Source: a virus
IMG/VR virus record: IMGVR_UViG_3300021962_000040
Location: 32,001 to 96,000 of that record
Length of the DNA stretch: 64,000 nucleotides
Direction: 5' to 3' (one strand)
Shown here: positions 26,701 to 36,130 of the stretch, one piece after another
How the letters are laid out: the number at the start of each line of letters is the position of its first letter
Numbering within the stretch: position 1 is the first letter of the stretch
Notes under the pieces: generated by a model
Databases searched by the model: none
Told to the model about the DNA's origin: nothing
The model's input: the letters and a program-made list of their open reading frames with translations, nothing else
Program-made: the position numbers and the translations under genes

Positions 26701-29700
26701 TTTGTTGATCCAAAAAAACCAGATGCCTTTAAATATTCCAGTGATTCTTTATTTGCCGGAGATACATACATTGGTAGATATACTGAAAAAGTTATCATGC
26801 CAATCTTTAGTGATTTCTTATATGGTCAACCTGATGGATATACTTATGACTATTTAAAAAGGGTTAATATCCCTTATCCAAGATTCTGGATGAATACTCA
26901 AAAGTATGATACTACAGATTTGGCCAATGAGATTATGACATTAGGTTTAGCAAATACACAACAAGCTTTACCTAATGACCTTTACTATTTAGACAGAGGT
27001 GATAGTTGTAGCACATTTGCTACAATGTTTGGAGCTTCAGATCCTAACCCAGCATTTGCAATGAGATATGCATACATGTATACTCATTGTAATGGTGTTT
27101 TGGATTTCTTTGTAGAATCAGAATTGAATATTGTACAAAGAGACTGGGAAGATAGAAGAAAGGATAGACATTATGATGCCTATGAATACAATGATGTAGA
27201 TGAGTTATTCCATGCAGATATTATCAAAGAAGATAACTTCTACAAATATGATTACTCTTTAAGTGCTAGTAGATTTATCACTAACCTAACATCATACGGT
27301 GAAGTACAAACAAGAGATTATGATCCTCATGAAGCAGAGACTTGTTTTGATTACTATCCAAATAGATTAATCTATTCTTTACAATCTCAAGAAGAAGCCA
27401 AGAAAGATTTCTGGAGAGTATTCTTACCAAACAACTACAAGGAGTTTAAGGATAAGGTGAGCGTAATTAAACCAATGAGTAAAAATGGTGCAATCATATT
27501 CTTCCCTTATATGTCACCACAATTGTTCCAAGGTGTAGATACACTTGAAACAGATCTTGGTACTAAGCTTACAATTGGAGACGGTGGTTTATTTAGCCAA
27601 CCATTCCAGAATGTTGCAAATTCTGATTTACCAAATGAATATGGATCTTGTGAAAGTGCAAGAACTGTTGTTAATACTCCTCTTGGTTTATTCTATTTAT
27701 CACAAGCTCAAGGTAAGGTTTTCCAATTTACAGGTAGCTTAGAGAACATTGCAAACCGTGGAATGAAGTGGTGGTTTAATAAGTATTTACCATCTGTTTT
27801 AATTAGAGAGTTTCCTGAATTAGAAGGTACTCCTTTAGCAGATAATCCTGTTATTGGTGTTGGTTGTCAAGCTGTATATGATATCAATGATGACATTGTA
27901 TACTTCTGTAAAAAGGACTTTAGTGTTAAACCACAATACAAAGCTGGTATGACATTTAATCCTGTGACTAATACTTTCACTTATGTGTATCCATCAGGAC
28001 TTCAAATTCCAGTTACACTTGGAGATAAGTTTTTCTTTGATGATGCTTGCTGGACTGTATCATATGATCCAAAAGCAAAAGCTTGGATATCTTTTCATGA
28101 CTGGTGTCCTGAATTAACTATACCAAGTATAAATCACTTCTTAACAACTAAGACAGTTGATCTTGAAGAACCTTATTGTCCTCCTGGATATAGTTATAAT
28201 CCAAACACTCAACAGTGTGAAAGAGCTTTTAGTGAATCTGCACCAGCTGTTGTTACCGTTCAGGAATTAGAAGCAATCATAACAGGCGGTCCTCAAAACT
28301 GTTTGTTTGACGTAATACTTGCAGTTGATACATCCGGAAGTACGGGTGGATCTTCTGGATCAATTGGTCAGGCTGAAAGAACTTTTGTTACTGAGTTTAT
28401 CAATAATCCAAATATTCAAAGTGGTTTAGCTTTAGGAAATATTCAAATCGGCATTACTTCATGGGCCAGTACTAATCAAAATATTAGTATGTCACCAAAT
28501 GGATTCTCAATGAGCAATACTTTAACAGCTGCTCAAGTTGATGCGTGGTATGTAGCTAACTGGTACAATGGTGGTACTTCTGTTGCATCTGCAATGGTAT
28601 TTGCTCAGAATATTTTGAATAACAAGGTTGGTTCACAACTTGGTGATAGAACAGCTCTTGCAAACTTTAAACAGTATCTTGTAATTATTACAGATACTAC
28701 AGCACCACCTCCAGCAAATACAGGATGTGCATATCAATCTAATACATTAGGTGGATCCAGTACAGGTCCTGCTAATCAGTTTGTAATGGCTGTGTTTGCC
28801 GGAGCTACAAGCCCTACTCCACCAAACCCTGGTACATTAAGTAATATTAGCTGTAACCAACCTTCTTATGAGTTTGGTGTAGCTGGTAATGATTTGCCTG
28901 GTATTGCAGCTGTTGTTGATAGTGTATTTGCACAAGCTTGTGGTGGCGGTTATCAATGTAATTGTCCAACAGGATATACTTTAGTTTATCCAAATACTAC
29001 AACTACTCCAATACACTGGACTCAATCAACAGGTACATGTGCACCAAATGGTGGTGATAGTTATGCTCCTATTTGTAGAAGGGTAACTTGTGCATGTCCT
29101 CCACCTCCTGCAGTTTGGGCTACAACAACTCAAACAGGTCAGTGTGATAACTTGTATTTAGCTGGACCAAATGGCGATCCTAATTATGTTAACCAGACTC
29201 CATTGACATGTAATTATATTGGTTTAGAAACTACACCAGCAAGTAATAAGTCTGGTAGTATCTGGAGACATAATTACCGTTGTGATTTGTACTCTAACTA
29301 TTATGGTCAAGATTACCCATGGGAAGTTGAATTAATTGAGAATACAGGTCAAATTGTAAATACAATTAGAAGTGTTGAGTATCAATTAGAATCCTATGTT
29401 TACAAAGGAGATCTTTATCATGGTTGTGGAGATGATAGATGGCATGATCTAGACTTTAACTTTGATGAGGCTATTCTTTACAATACTGAACAAGTGTCTG
29501 GATTACTTACATTAGAACTTAATCCAAAGGAAAACCCTTATAATATTCTTCAGTATCCTATTGTAGGAGCTAATGATATCAAAATACTTTATTCAAAAGA
29601 AGAACAGAAGTATAGATTTAATCAGTTCTGGGATGTCACAAAAGATAGAGGAGAGTTTTCAAATGCTGAGCAAGAAATCTTTATAACAAGATTGAATGGT

Positions 29701-29868
29701 TATATCAGAGATCTGAATGCAGCTAACCTTAACTACCAGAAAGCTGAAGACCAAAGAAAGAAGTTTAGACACTATTACAATAAACTTATCTTAAGAAGAA
29801 AAGTATCTGGTGATAGAAAAATGCTTCTCAAACTTAATAATACTAAATTAGTTTTATCTCTTAGATAA
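23740..29868 (+). CDS. Tail stabilisation/muzzle protein (Tstab-like) with inserted vWA domain
   Basis: 2042 aa; N-terminal FAKGMVKD, GDTYIGRY, WTVSYDPKAKAWISFHDW, C-terminal KFRHYY; DTSGS MIDAS motif at 28327-28341. Confidence 0.75.
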   Translation: MAQQQYSNSSSIETNTFAKGMVKDLYASLQPKENWSHARNAYNNSVDGDAGVIGNEPANLQCGIVPYTIIGFIHKRADQWYVFSTDDINSEIGFYDESTCSYTTIVNDPCLNFNRKFLITGASKENYDCTWQIYWDDSNNPSRTLNVDEIPWVQTIVSAPGSDCIIYQDTAVLDCEKLRLAPLVNTPCLNLTKALDGGLLRNGTYQAFIAYMENDVVVTDYIGISNLQSLFNHDNNAGSLNIEITNLDKDYEFFQLVILSNNQQNIVAKIIGSYSTEQSNISIDYIDPATLSLDFTVLFARKPAYEKSDAMYVVNDYLIRQGPTEQFDFNYQPIANQIKTNWVVAEYPSTYYYKGGNKTGFLRDEVYSFFIRWIYNTGERSKSYHIPGRPPKLAGENQYGEVVNETAQSNGINSLNGPNYNFEVFDTSTVTSLAPLPLTDGGVILGRGEMGYWQSTEQYPATKPEIWNATYVDPTNGVNIGATSNQQFDLCGKKIRHHKMPTEEKNSILQIYSTTSDAVRILGVEFTNIGKPKFNDGTYIPNIVGYEILRGSREGAKSVLAKGIFRNMRKYTIPNNTTTLQGLYPNYPYNDLTPDIYFHDGANGSGPGKMTDGCDNLTDSINNHAPLTGYAQNVFTFHSPELMFKRPYLNSYEARLYGELNGTSIGYFIKSEQHPQYKLLRNVAALLSGIIGVGYAINAIQGIRKNKINYAIPTWEAGNADSWFVAGFTNGTTSVNQGINVGIAAAALAGTSGNALAEILSDDGYAVGSLFGGTGVRQLANIQQGVVQSAFGLTPLIRGGSAEKEFELRDEAGGMPSVLQVFISWLTARQKIAEGAQKIIDVIYNFVQPSDFALKHNSHADIFNYSPTINGNRYRSIVREQNYIGSAFQVFDGQYKINNLFRPRTAAIAITDTFNDPQVKDTSRYVVGGGYNSAGTGINTSYNYLESPGVPRARSVSMHYGALKFNFQNQYGQIDGIKQVVMRGCVNFVDPKKPDAFKYSSDSLFAGDTYIGRYTEKVIMPIFSDFLYGQPDGYTYDYLKRVNIPYPRFWMNTQKYDTTDLANEIMTLGLANTQQALPNDLYYLDRGDSCSTFATMFGASDPNPAFAMRYAYMYTHCNGVLDFFVESELNIVQRDWEDRRKDRHYDAYEYNDVDELFHADIIKEDNFYKYDYSLSASRFITNLTSYGEVQTRDYDPHEAETCFDYYPNRLIYSLQSQEEAKKDFWRVFLPNNYKEFKDKVSVIKPMSKNGAIIFFPYMSPQLFQGVDTLETDLGTKLTIGDGGLFSQPFQNVANSDLPNEYGSCESARTVVNTPLGLFYLSQAQGKVFQFTGSLENIANRGMKWWFNKYLPSVLIREFPELEGTPLADNPVIGVGCQAVYDINDDIVYFCKKDFSVKPQYKAGMTFNPVTNTFTYVYPSGLQIPVTLGDKFFFDDACWTVSYDPKAKAWISFHDWCPELTIPSINHFLTTKTVDLEEPYCPPGYSYNPNTQQCERAFSESAPAVVTVQELEAIITGGPQNCLFDVILAVDTSGSTGGSSGSIGQAERTFVTEFINNPNIQSGLALGNIQIGITSWASTNQNISMSPNGFSMSNTLTAAQVDAWYVANWYNGGTSVASAMVFAQNILNNKVGSQLGDRTALANFKQYLVIITDTTAPPPANTGCAYQSNTLGGSSTGPANQFVMAVFAGATSPTPPNPGTLSNISCNQPSYEFGVAGNDLPGIAAVVDSVFAQACGGGYQCNCPTGYTLVYPNTTTTPIHWTQSTGTCAPNGGDSYAPICRRVTCACPPPPAVWATTTQTGQCDNLYLAGPNGDPNYVNQTPLTCNYIGLETTPASNKSGSIWRHNYRCDLYSNYYGQDYPWEVELIENTGQIVNTIRSVEYQLESYVYKGDLYHGCGDDRWHDLDFNFDEAILYNTEQVSGLLTLELNPKENPYNILQYPIVGANDIKILYSKEEQKYRFNQFWDVTKDRGEFSNAEQEIFITRLNGYIRDLNAANLNYQKAEDQRKKFRHYYNKLILRRKVSGDRKMLLKLNNTKLVLSLR

Positions 29869-31508
29869 TGAAAGGCAAACTTGATTACATACATAGAAGA
29901 GGCTTACCCGGAGGACCTAATGAACAGTTTACTTATGTAACTGGAGTGTTCTCTGTGGATGGCTATAGAAATGATTCTCCAGATGTAAATAATTCTTTTA
30001 ATGTTATTCCTTCAGGTAGAATTACTATGAAAGAAAAGGATGGGCAACCTTTGAAAAAAGGACCCATTCTTGGTATTGATAATCTAGGTAATCAACAAAT
30101 GATGATGCCTGGAGGAGAATATCAGTTTCCTGGTAATCAGGTATTTGAACTACCTCTTAAAAAAGAAGGTGGTGCATTACTAGACAAAACTATTAAATGT
30201 TCTGGTTGTGGTTGGGAATGGAAAGCTGTTGATGGTGGTTCTGATATTATGGACTGTCATAAGTGTGGTGGTGAAGGATTGGTTAAAGCACAAGACGGTA
30301 TTGAAGTAGATGAAGAAGATGATGATAGAGAAATGGTTGAAGGTATTGCTAATATCTTAAGACAAGTAAAAAGTGTTAAGAATAGAAAGCAGATTGCTGA
30401 CAATATGGTTGAAGACTTTGAAGAAGAAGATGTAGATTATAATCTTCAAGAGTTTTTAAAAATGTCTAGAGTAATGAAAGAGGGAGGGGATCTAAGAAAA
30501 GCTCAGATGGGTTATATGATGCCTCCTATAGGTTTTGGTATGATGAATACCGTTTCAAATTTATATGATTATTTTTTTGGTAATGATCCAAAAGCCAATA
30601 CTTCATCTGGTAAAACACCTGTAACAGAAAAAGAAAAATTAGAGTATAAGCAATTATTTGCTGATTATAATGCTAAGAAAAAAGAGTTTGATGTTCAGAG
30701 AAGAACTAATGATAATATTTTAGGTATTGATAATTCAAAAAATATTTCTTTATCATCTGGTAGATTTCAAGGAGCCAGTGTTTCTCCTCAAGTTGTAAAT
30801 GAAGCTGTAAGTGCCGCTAAGTCACAAGGTGTTGATCCATGGTTAATGCTATCTGTAATAGGTAGAGAATCTACATTTGGTAGTGGAGCGGCTGGTAATT
30901 TAAAACGTGCTGGTGACAAAAGCAGATTAGTTTCTGGTTGGGATGTTGCTGAAAACTATCAACCTTATGAACCTTTGAGATACCTTGCCGATAAAAAGGT
31001 TCCTGGAATTGAAGTTAAAAAAGATAACCATGGTTGGCATTATGATATAGAAGATAGACAAGCTCTAAACAACTATATTAAACAACACCCGGAATTAGTA
31101 GAACAATATAGAGAAAAGATTGAGGCTACTCCTGAACTAGGTAAATTAGATAGTTTTGATTTAGCTGCAAAGTTTCTCAAAGAAAAAGGTCTTGCAAGAT
31201 ATAATCCGGGAGATCCAGATTATTCTTCAATGGTTAGGCAAGATATGAAAACCTTAAAGTCTGACCCAAAGTTAAGATCATATATGAGAACACTTGGATA
31301 TGAAGAAGGTGGTGAACTTGACAAATATCCAGATGGTGGTGAATTAGAACAATATAAAAAATATATTAATGGTGAGTATGAAAATACACCTGAAGAATTA
31401 GAGGCTGAAAAGATATATGATAAACTAAATAGAGTTTATTATAAGGCGGCTAAAGATGCAGGAATGAGTGCACCTAATTATATTATGAGCACACTACTTA
31501 CACTTTAA
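29868..31508 (+). CDS. Virion cargo protein with Zn-ribbon and lytic transglycosylase-like domain
   Basis: CSGC...CHKC (30198-30266); AAKSQGVDPWLMLSVIGRES (candidate catalytic Glu at 30867) and RYNPG match SLT motifs. Confidence 0.65.
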   Translation: MKGKLDYIHRRGLPGGPNEQFTYVTGVFSVDGYRNDSPDVNNSFNVIPSGRITMKEKDGQPLKKGPILGIDNLGNQQMMMPGGEYQFPGNQVFELPLKKEGGALLDKTIKCSGCGWEWKAVDGGSDIMDCHKCGGEGLVKAQDGIEVDEEDDDREMVEGIANILRQVKSVKNRKQIADNMVEDFEEEDVDYNLQEFLKMSRVMKEGGDLRKAQMGYMMPPIGFGMMNTVSNLYDYFFGNDPKANTSSGKTPVTEKEKLEYKQLFADYNAKKKEFDVQRRTNDNILGIDNSKNISLSSGRFQGASVSPQVVNEAVSAAKSQGVDPWLMLSVIGRESTFGSGAAGNLKRAGDKSRLVSGWDVAENYQPYEPLRYLADKKVPGIEVKKDNHGWHYDIEDRQALNNYIKQHPELVEQYREKIEATPELGKLDSFDLAAKFLKEKGLARYNPGDPDYSSMVRQDMKTLKSDPKLRSYMRTLGYEEGGELDKYPDGGELEQYKKYINGEYENTPEELEAEKIYDKLNRVYYKAAKDAGMSAPNYIMSTLLTL

Positions 31509-31531
31509 TAATTAGTAAAAGTGGTTATTTA

Positions 31532-31549
31532 TTTGTATATTAATAGTAT
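31532..31549 (+). promoter_or_regulatory. Variant of the late promoter motif
   Basis: Intergenic TTTGTATATTAATAGTAT. Confidence 0.45.
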
Positions 31550-31554
31550 ATAAT

Positions 31555-33558
31555 ATGGGAATGAGATATTTAAATCAAAAAAGTTTAAAGTATATGCAAG
31601 ATGGTGGAGCTGCTGCACCAGCACAAGAGGTATCTCTTTCCCAGCAAGTTGCATCTATGTTGCAATCTGGTGCAGATCCTAGAAGTGTTGCTCAACAACT
31701 ATTGTCAAGTGGTGTAGATGAAGCGGACATTAAAGAGATCTTTATGGATCTTGGAATGGCTCCTAGTGATGTTGATGCTTTATTTCAATCAGAAGAAGAA
31801 GTTCAACAAGAGTTAGATCAAGCATTGGCTGAAGCTCAAGCTGAAGAATCAGCAGCAGAACCAGCTGATCAACCTGAACCTGCAGATACTGAAGTGGAAT
31901 TTGGTGCATTTGGTAATTCAATGCCAGAGGCTCAGTTTGGTTTAGAGACACCGTTGGCACCAACAATAAATCAATACTTTGGTGGTATTGCTAGACAAAA
32001 GGGTGATGACTATGTTAAAAATCCAATGGCTAATTATTTGCCAATGGATCTTGGTACAAAAGGTAATCCTGTTGGTGCAGCCTTTTTATTAGCTGAAGGA
32101 TATACAGATTTATTTGGAGGAAAGACTGATCCAAACACTGGATTAAAAGAAGGTTTCTTTAGAGATGTTGATGTAAAAAAAGCAAGACAAAAAGCAGCCG
32201 TACCTTCATACTATGATTATAAAGTAACTACTGCTGCAGGTGATGATAAGGAATATGTCACAGATAAATTGGATTTATATAATGCTGCAAAGAATGACGG
32301 TAGTCTAAGAACTAAACAGCAATATGCAAAAGATGTAGCTGCAAATTCACAAGTTGATTTTAACCCTAAGACTGGTCAATATGAGGGAGTGTTTTCAAGT
32401 AGAGCTATTGATAAAAGTCTATTAGGAAAACAACAGCAAGAAGATTTAAATAAATTTTTGGAAAAAAGTGTCTCTGTTAAAGATTTAAATGATAGATTTG
32501 ACCCAGAAACTGTTAAGATGATTACCCAGTCTCAAAAAGAAGGGATGGGATCTTTAGGTATAAATGCAATGGGTCAGGCCTCATCTTATAAAGATGTAGA
32601 AGCAAACCCATATTTATATGAAACAATGATGGGTGTAAATACATTACAAAGTAAAGGCACAACCCCTACACTTCCTGGTATGGAACAACCTAAAGGTTTA
32701 CCCAATTACAGTTGGATGAACTCCGGAATTGTTCCTACTACATCTCCTGTATTAACAAATACAGCAGGTCCCAGAGCAGATCAACAAGCTCCTATGAGTT
32801 TTCAAGATTGGACTCTACAAGATCCTGTAAGACGTATGACACCAGATGCTCAAGCTCAATATAATTTATACATACAGTCTTTACCTAAACAAAAAGATGG
32901 TGGAGATATCAAATTACCTAAAGCTCAATTTGGTCCACCCGATTGGATGATGGGTAGTTTATTTACTACACCAACTGTGGTTAATGATCCTCAAGGTTTA
33001 AATAATTATTTTAGCAGCATGGGGCAAACTAATTATGCACAAGATACACAAGCTGTAGCTGATGCACAATTACAACAAAGACAGCCAGAGTTAGGTCCAA
33101 CACCTCAGCAACAAGCAGCTCAAAATTTCTTTAAAGAAGGTGAACCTGTCTTTACTGGTAAACCCATTCCTCCAGGAGCTCCTAAAGTGGAGATTACAAA
33201 TAAACTTGCAGGAGATATAAATAGAGTTATGGATAGTAGAGCTATGCAAGGTTTTGGTAAAGTAAGTAACTTTGCTGTAAATGCTGCCGGCTTTGTTAAT
33301 GAAATGTATAAAAACAAAAAAGCTAGAGAAGCGGAAGCAAGACTTTATGAAATGAGTCAAGCTGATAATGCCTTTGGTTATTTTGAAGATCCTGTAAATA
33401 AGCAAGGAACCTGGGATACTAACACAGGTCTTGCTGAACAAGATAACCGTGTTGAATATATGAGAGCTCAACAAGGTGGAGAGATTGGTGAAATTGATTT
33501 AGATCCTGATACAATAGCAAGGCTTATTGCGGCTGGTGCTAACATCCAAATATTATAA
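31555..33558 (+). CDS. Putative ejected cargo protein
   Basis: 667 aa; Q/P/A-rich low-complexity segments; lies between the muzzle and RNAP genes. Confidence 0.55.
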   Translation: MGMRYLNQKSLKYMQDGGAAAPAQEVSLSQQVASMLQSGADPRSVAQQLLSSGVDEADIKEIFMDLGMAPSDVDALFQSEEEVQQELDQALAEAQAEESAAEPADQPEPADTEVEFGAFGNSMPEAQFGLETPLAPTINQYFGGIARQKGDDYVKNPMANYLPMDLGTKGNPVGAAFLLAEGYTDLFGGKTDPNTGLKEGFFRDVDVKKARQKAAVPSYYDYKVTTAAGDDKEYVTDKLDLYNAAKNDGSLRTKQQYAKDVAANSQVDFNPKTGQYEGVFSSRAIDKSLLGKQQQEDLNKFLEKSVSVKDLNDRFDPETVKMITQSQKEGMGSLGINAMGQASSYKDVEANPYLYETMMGVNTLQSKGTTPTLPGMEQPKGLPNYSWMNSGIVPTTSPVLTNTAGPRADQQAPMSFQDWTLQDPVRRMTPDAQAQYNLYIQSLPKQKDGGDIKLPKAQFGPPDWMMGSLFTTPTVVNDPQGLNNYFSSMGQTNYAQDTQAVADAQLQQRQPELGPTPQQQAAQNFFKEGEPVFTGKPIPPGAPKVEITNKLAGDINRVMDSRAMQGFGKVSNFAVNAAGFVNEMYKNKKAREAEARLYEMSQADNAFGYFEDPVNKQGTWDTNTGLAEQDNRVEYMRAQQGGEIGEIDLDPDTIARLIAAGANIQIL

Positions 33559-33560
33559 AA

Positions 33561-36071
33561 ATGGCAAAAGTAAAAATTAATAGTTTACCTCCAGGCTTTA
33601 CTATCAAAGATGGTAAAGTTATTACATCTATGCAACAAGGTGGTACTACAACTGGTGATCAATTTGACTTTGGTTTGACTACAACAGTTAAATCTGCTGA
33701 CAGAGATAATGACACTAAAGATATAAGTATAAAATATACTTTGAACGCTGTCCCTAGGGAAGAAGCTAATATTGAAGCAGAAGGTGGAGAAACAGTCCTA
33801 ACTGATTTGGATAATGATGGTTTGTTTGGTCTTTATGAAATTAAAGGACCAAGACACACAAGTGGTGGTGTTCCTTTAAATCTACCAGAACAATCTTTTA
33901 TCTTCTCAGATACAAAGGATATGAAACTGGGAGGTAAGGATCTTGAAGAGTTTGGAATTAAGAGTAAAAGAAAACTTAGCCCTGCAAAGATCTCAAAGAA
34001 GTATGATCTTAATACATATTATGGTTCTTACAAAGACCAATTTGCAGATGATATTTCTATAAAGAGTGCTGAGTTAATGATGGACAAGAATAAACAAGCT
34101 TTGTCCAAGTTAGCTTTTGTACAAGAATCTAAGAAGGATTTTAAAGAGGGTGTTCCTGTAGCATCTCATGGCTACTTAGTTTCACAAGGTATTGATCCAA
34201 TTGACTTTACAGCTAAAGTAGAAAAGATTTCTGCAGAGAAAGCAGCTAAGAAAGCAATTGATGCACTGCCTGAAGAGAAAAGACAACAGGTTCTTGCATT
34301 ACAACAAATGATGCAACAAGCTGAAAGCTCTGAACAACAAATGGTTCAAGAACCATCTCCTGAACAAATGGTTATGGAGACTGGTAAGTATGGTAAAGAA
34401 TTAAGAAAAGCTGCACCAGGATTTGAAATGGGTAGTATTCCTAGTGGATCACCTTATGTATATGGTGCTGGTTTAGATATTACAGATCCAGATAATCCTG
34501 ATGCATTAACATCTTATACAGCAGCACCCTATACCAACACTTTAACTCCAGATCCAGGTGATGGTGATAAACCTAAACCAAAGGCTAATGCAAATGATGG
34601 CAGAGGTCCTAAAAAGAATGTTGCCGTTGATCAAGGTAGAGTTAACAGATATAATAATATTGGAGTTCAAATGGACTTCAGCAATGTTGGTGAAACAAAG
34701 TATGTTGACTTACAACCATCAGAACAAAAGGCTGGTAGATATGGAGATGCAACTCAGAATGAAGCTGGGTGGGTATCATCATGGAAAGGTATATATCCTG
34801 AATCAGATCAATTAATTCTTTCATTAGATGCTTATAAAGCAAAACCTGCAAATTATAAAAATCCAGAAGTTGTTAAGTTTCAGAAATGGACTTATGATGA
34901 ATACATTCCTGCTGAGGTAGAAAGAATTAACCAAAAAAGAGTTGAGGCCGGTTATGCTCCATTAAATGAGCAGCAGACTAAAGACCTTACAGAAGATCTT
35001 AGAAATGATTTTGGTTTTGATGAAAAGCAAACAGGTAAAGGATATGATGGTAAGTTTGGTACATTTACGTCATCACGTAGACCATTTACCTATCAGATTA
35101 AACCTAATGAAATACCACCTCCACAAGGTTGTCCTTGTCCTGATGGAACGTTTTCACAAGCCTGCTGTCCACCTAAAGAACCACCTAAAGTTCCGCCTGT
35201 AGCTCCTCCTTCTAAAAGACCTGGAGCAGAATGGTGGTTACAAGATTTAATTCAATTAAATGCAATTGCAAATAGAGAAAGAGATATGTTCTTTCCTTTC
35301 CAACCTGCTGTTGCAAATGTTGATTTAGGATATGTATTGGAAGAACCTACTAGAGCTATTGCAGCAACTAATGAAAGACTTGGTTTACAAACTCAAGCAG
35401 CTGCTAGTTTTGGTGGACCTCAAGCTCTTGCAGCTAGAACTGCACAAGCACAAGGTCAGGCTGCTGCTGAAATTGCAAATGAGGTTGCAAGAGTAAACCA
35501 AAGAAACGTTAGTACTATTAACAATGGTTTGGCTATGCAAGCTCAAATGGATATGCAGCTTGGTAGAGAAAGAAGAGATAGAACTGTTAAAGAGTATGAT
35601 GATACTCAAGCTGTTCTTCAAAGATACATGGATGAAAAGAACTATGATAGAGAGCAATATGCAATGTCTTTATCTAATGCTGTTACCAATAGGGCTAACA
35701 CATATAACTTAAATTCAATTCAAGATTATTTTCAAATTGATCCTACTACAGGTGGTATGCTTGGACAATTCTCAGGTAAGGCTTTTGAAGCTGTTGCACT
35801 TCCGGATCCTAATAGAAATATTAGGGATTATGCTGAGACAGCTAGAATGCTTAAGGCTGCCGGAATTGAGCCAACAGCGGAGTTAGTTCAAGGTGCAATG
35901 GGGCAACCTGTAGCTACAGCACAAGAGACAAATGCTCAAAGAGCTTTTAGATCATTGCCTCCAGGATTCGGTTATGCTTATAATCCAGGAATGTATCAAC
36001 AAGGTAAAGGTAAAAAGGGTAAGGAAATCAAACCTGCATTGCCTTTCTTCATGGGTAAGATTGGTGAATAA
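33561..36071 (+). CDS. Putative ejected cargo protein
   Basis: 836 aa; IEAEGGETV and GPRHTSGGV motifs; Q/A-rich coiled coil; synteny. Confidence 0.6.
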   Translation: MAKVKINSLPPGFTIKDGKVITSMQQGGTTTGDQFDFGLTTTVKSADRDNDTKDISIKYTLNAVPREEANIEAEGGETVLTDLDNDGLFGLYEIKGPRHTSGGVPLNLPEQSFIFSDTKDMKLGGKDLEEFGIKSKRKLSPAKISKKYDLNTYYGSYKDQFADDISIKSAELMMDKNKQALSKLAFVQESKKDFKEGVPVASHGYLVSQGIDPIDFTAKVEKISAEKAAKKAIDALPEEKRQQVLALQQMMQQAESSEQQMVQEPSPEQMVMETGKYGKELRKAAPGFEMGSIPSGSPYVYGAGLDITDPDNPDALTSYTAAPYTNTLTPDPGDGDKPKPKANANDGRGPKKNVAVDQGRVNRYNNIGVQMDFSNVGETKYVDLQPSEQKAGRYGDATQNEAGWVSSWKGIYPESDQLILSLDAYKAKPANYKNPEVVKFQKWTYDEYIPAEVERINQKRVEAGYAPLNEQQTKDLTEDLRNDFGFDEKQTGKGYDGKFGTFTSSRRPFTYQIKPNEIPPPQGCPCPDGTFSQACCPPKEPPKVPPVAPPSKRPGAEWWLQDLIQLNAIANRERDMFFPFQPAVANVDLGYVLEEPTRAIAATNERLGLQTQAAASFGGPQALAARTAQAQGQAAAEIANEVARVNQRNVSTINNGLAMQAQMDMQLGRERRDRTVKEYDDTQAVLQRYMDEKNYDREQYAMSLSNAVTNRANTYNLNSIQDYFQIDPTTGGMLGQFSGKAFEAVALPDPNRNIRDYAETARMLKAAGIEPTAELVQGAMGQPVATAQETNAQRAFRSLPPGFGYAYNPGMYQQGKGKKGKEIKPALPFFMGKIGE

Positions 36072-36130
36072 ACCACAAAAGTTTAATAAATAAGTTTTTA
36101 AAACTTAGAAAATTTTAGTAATTTAGAGAT

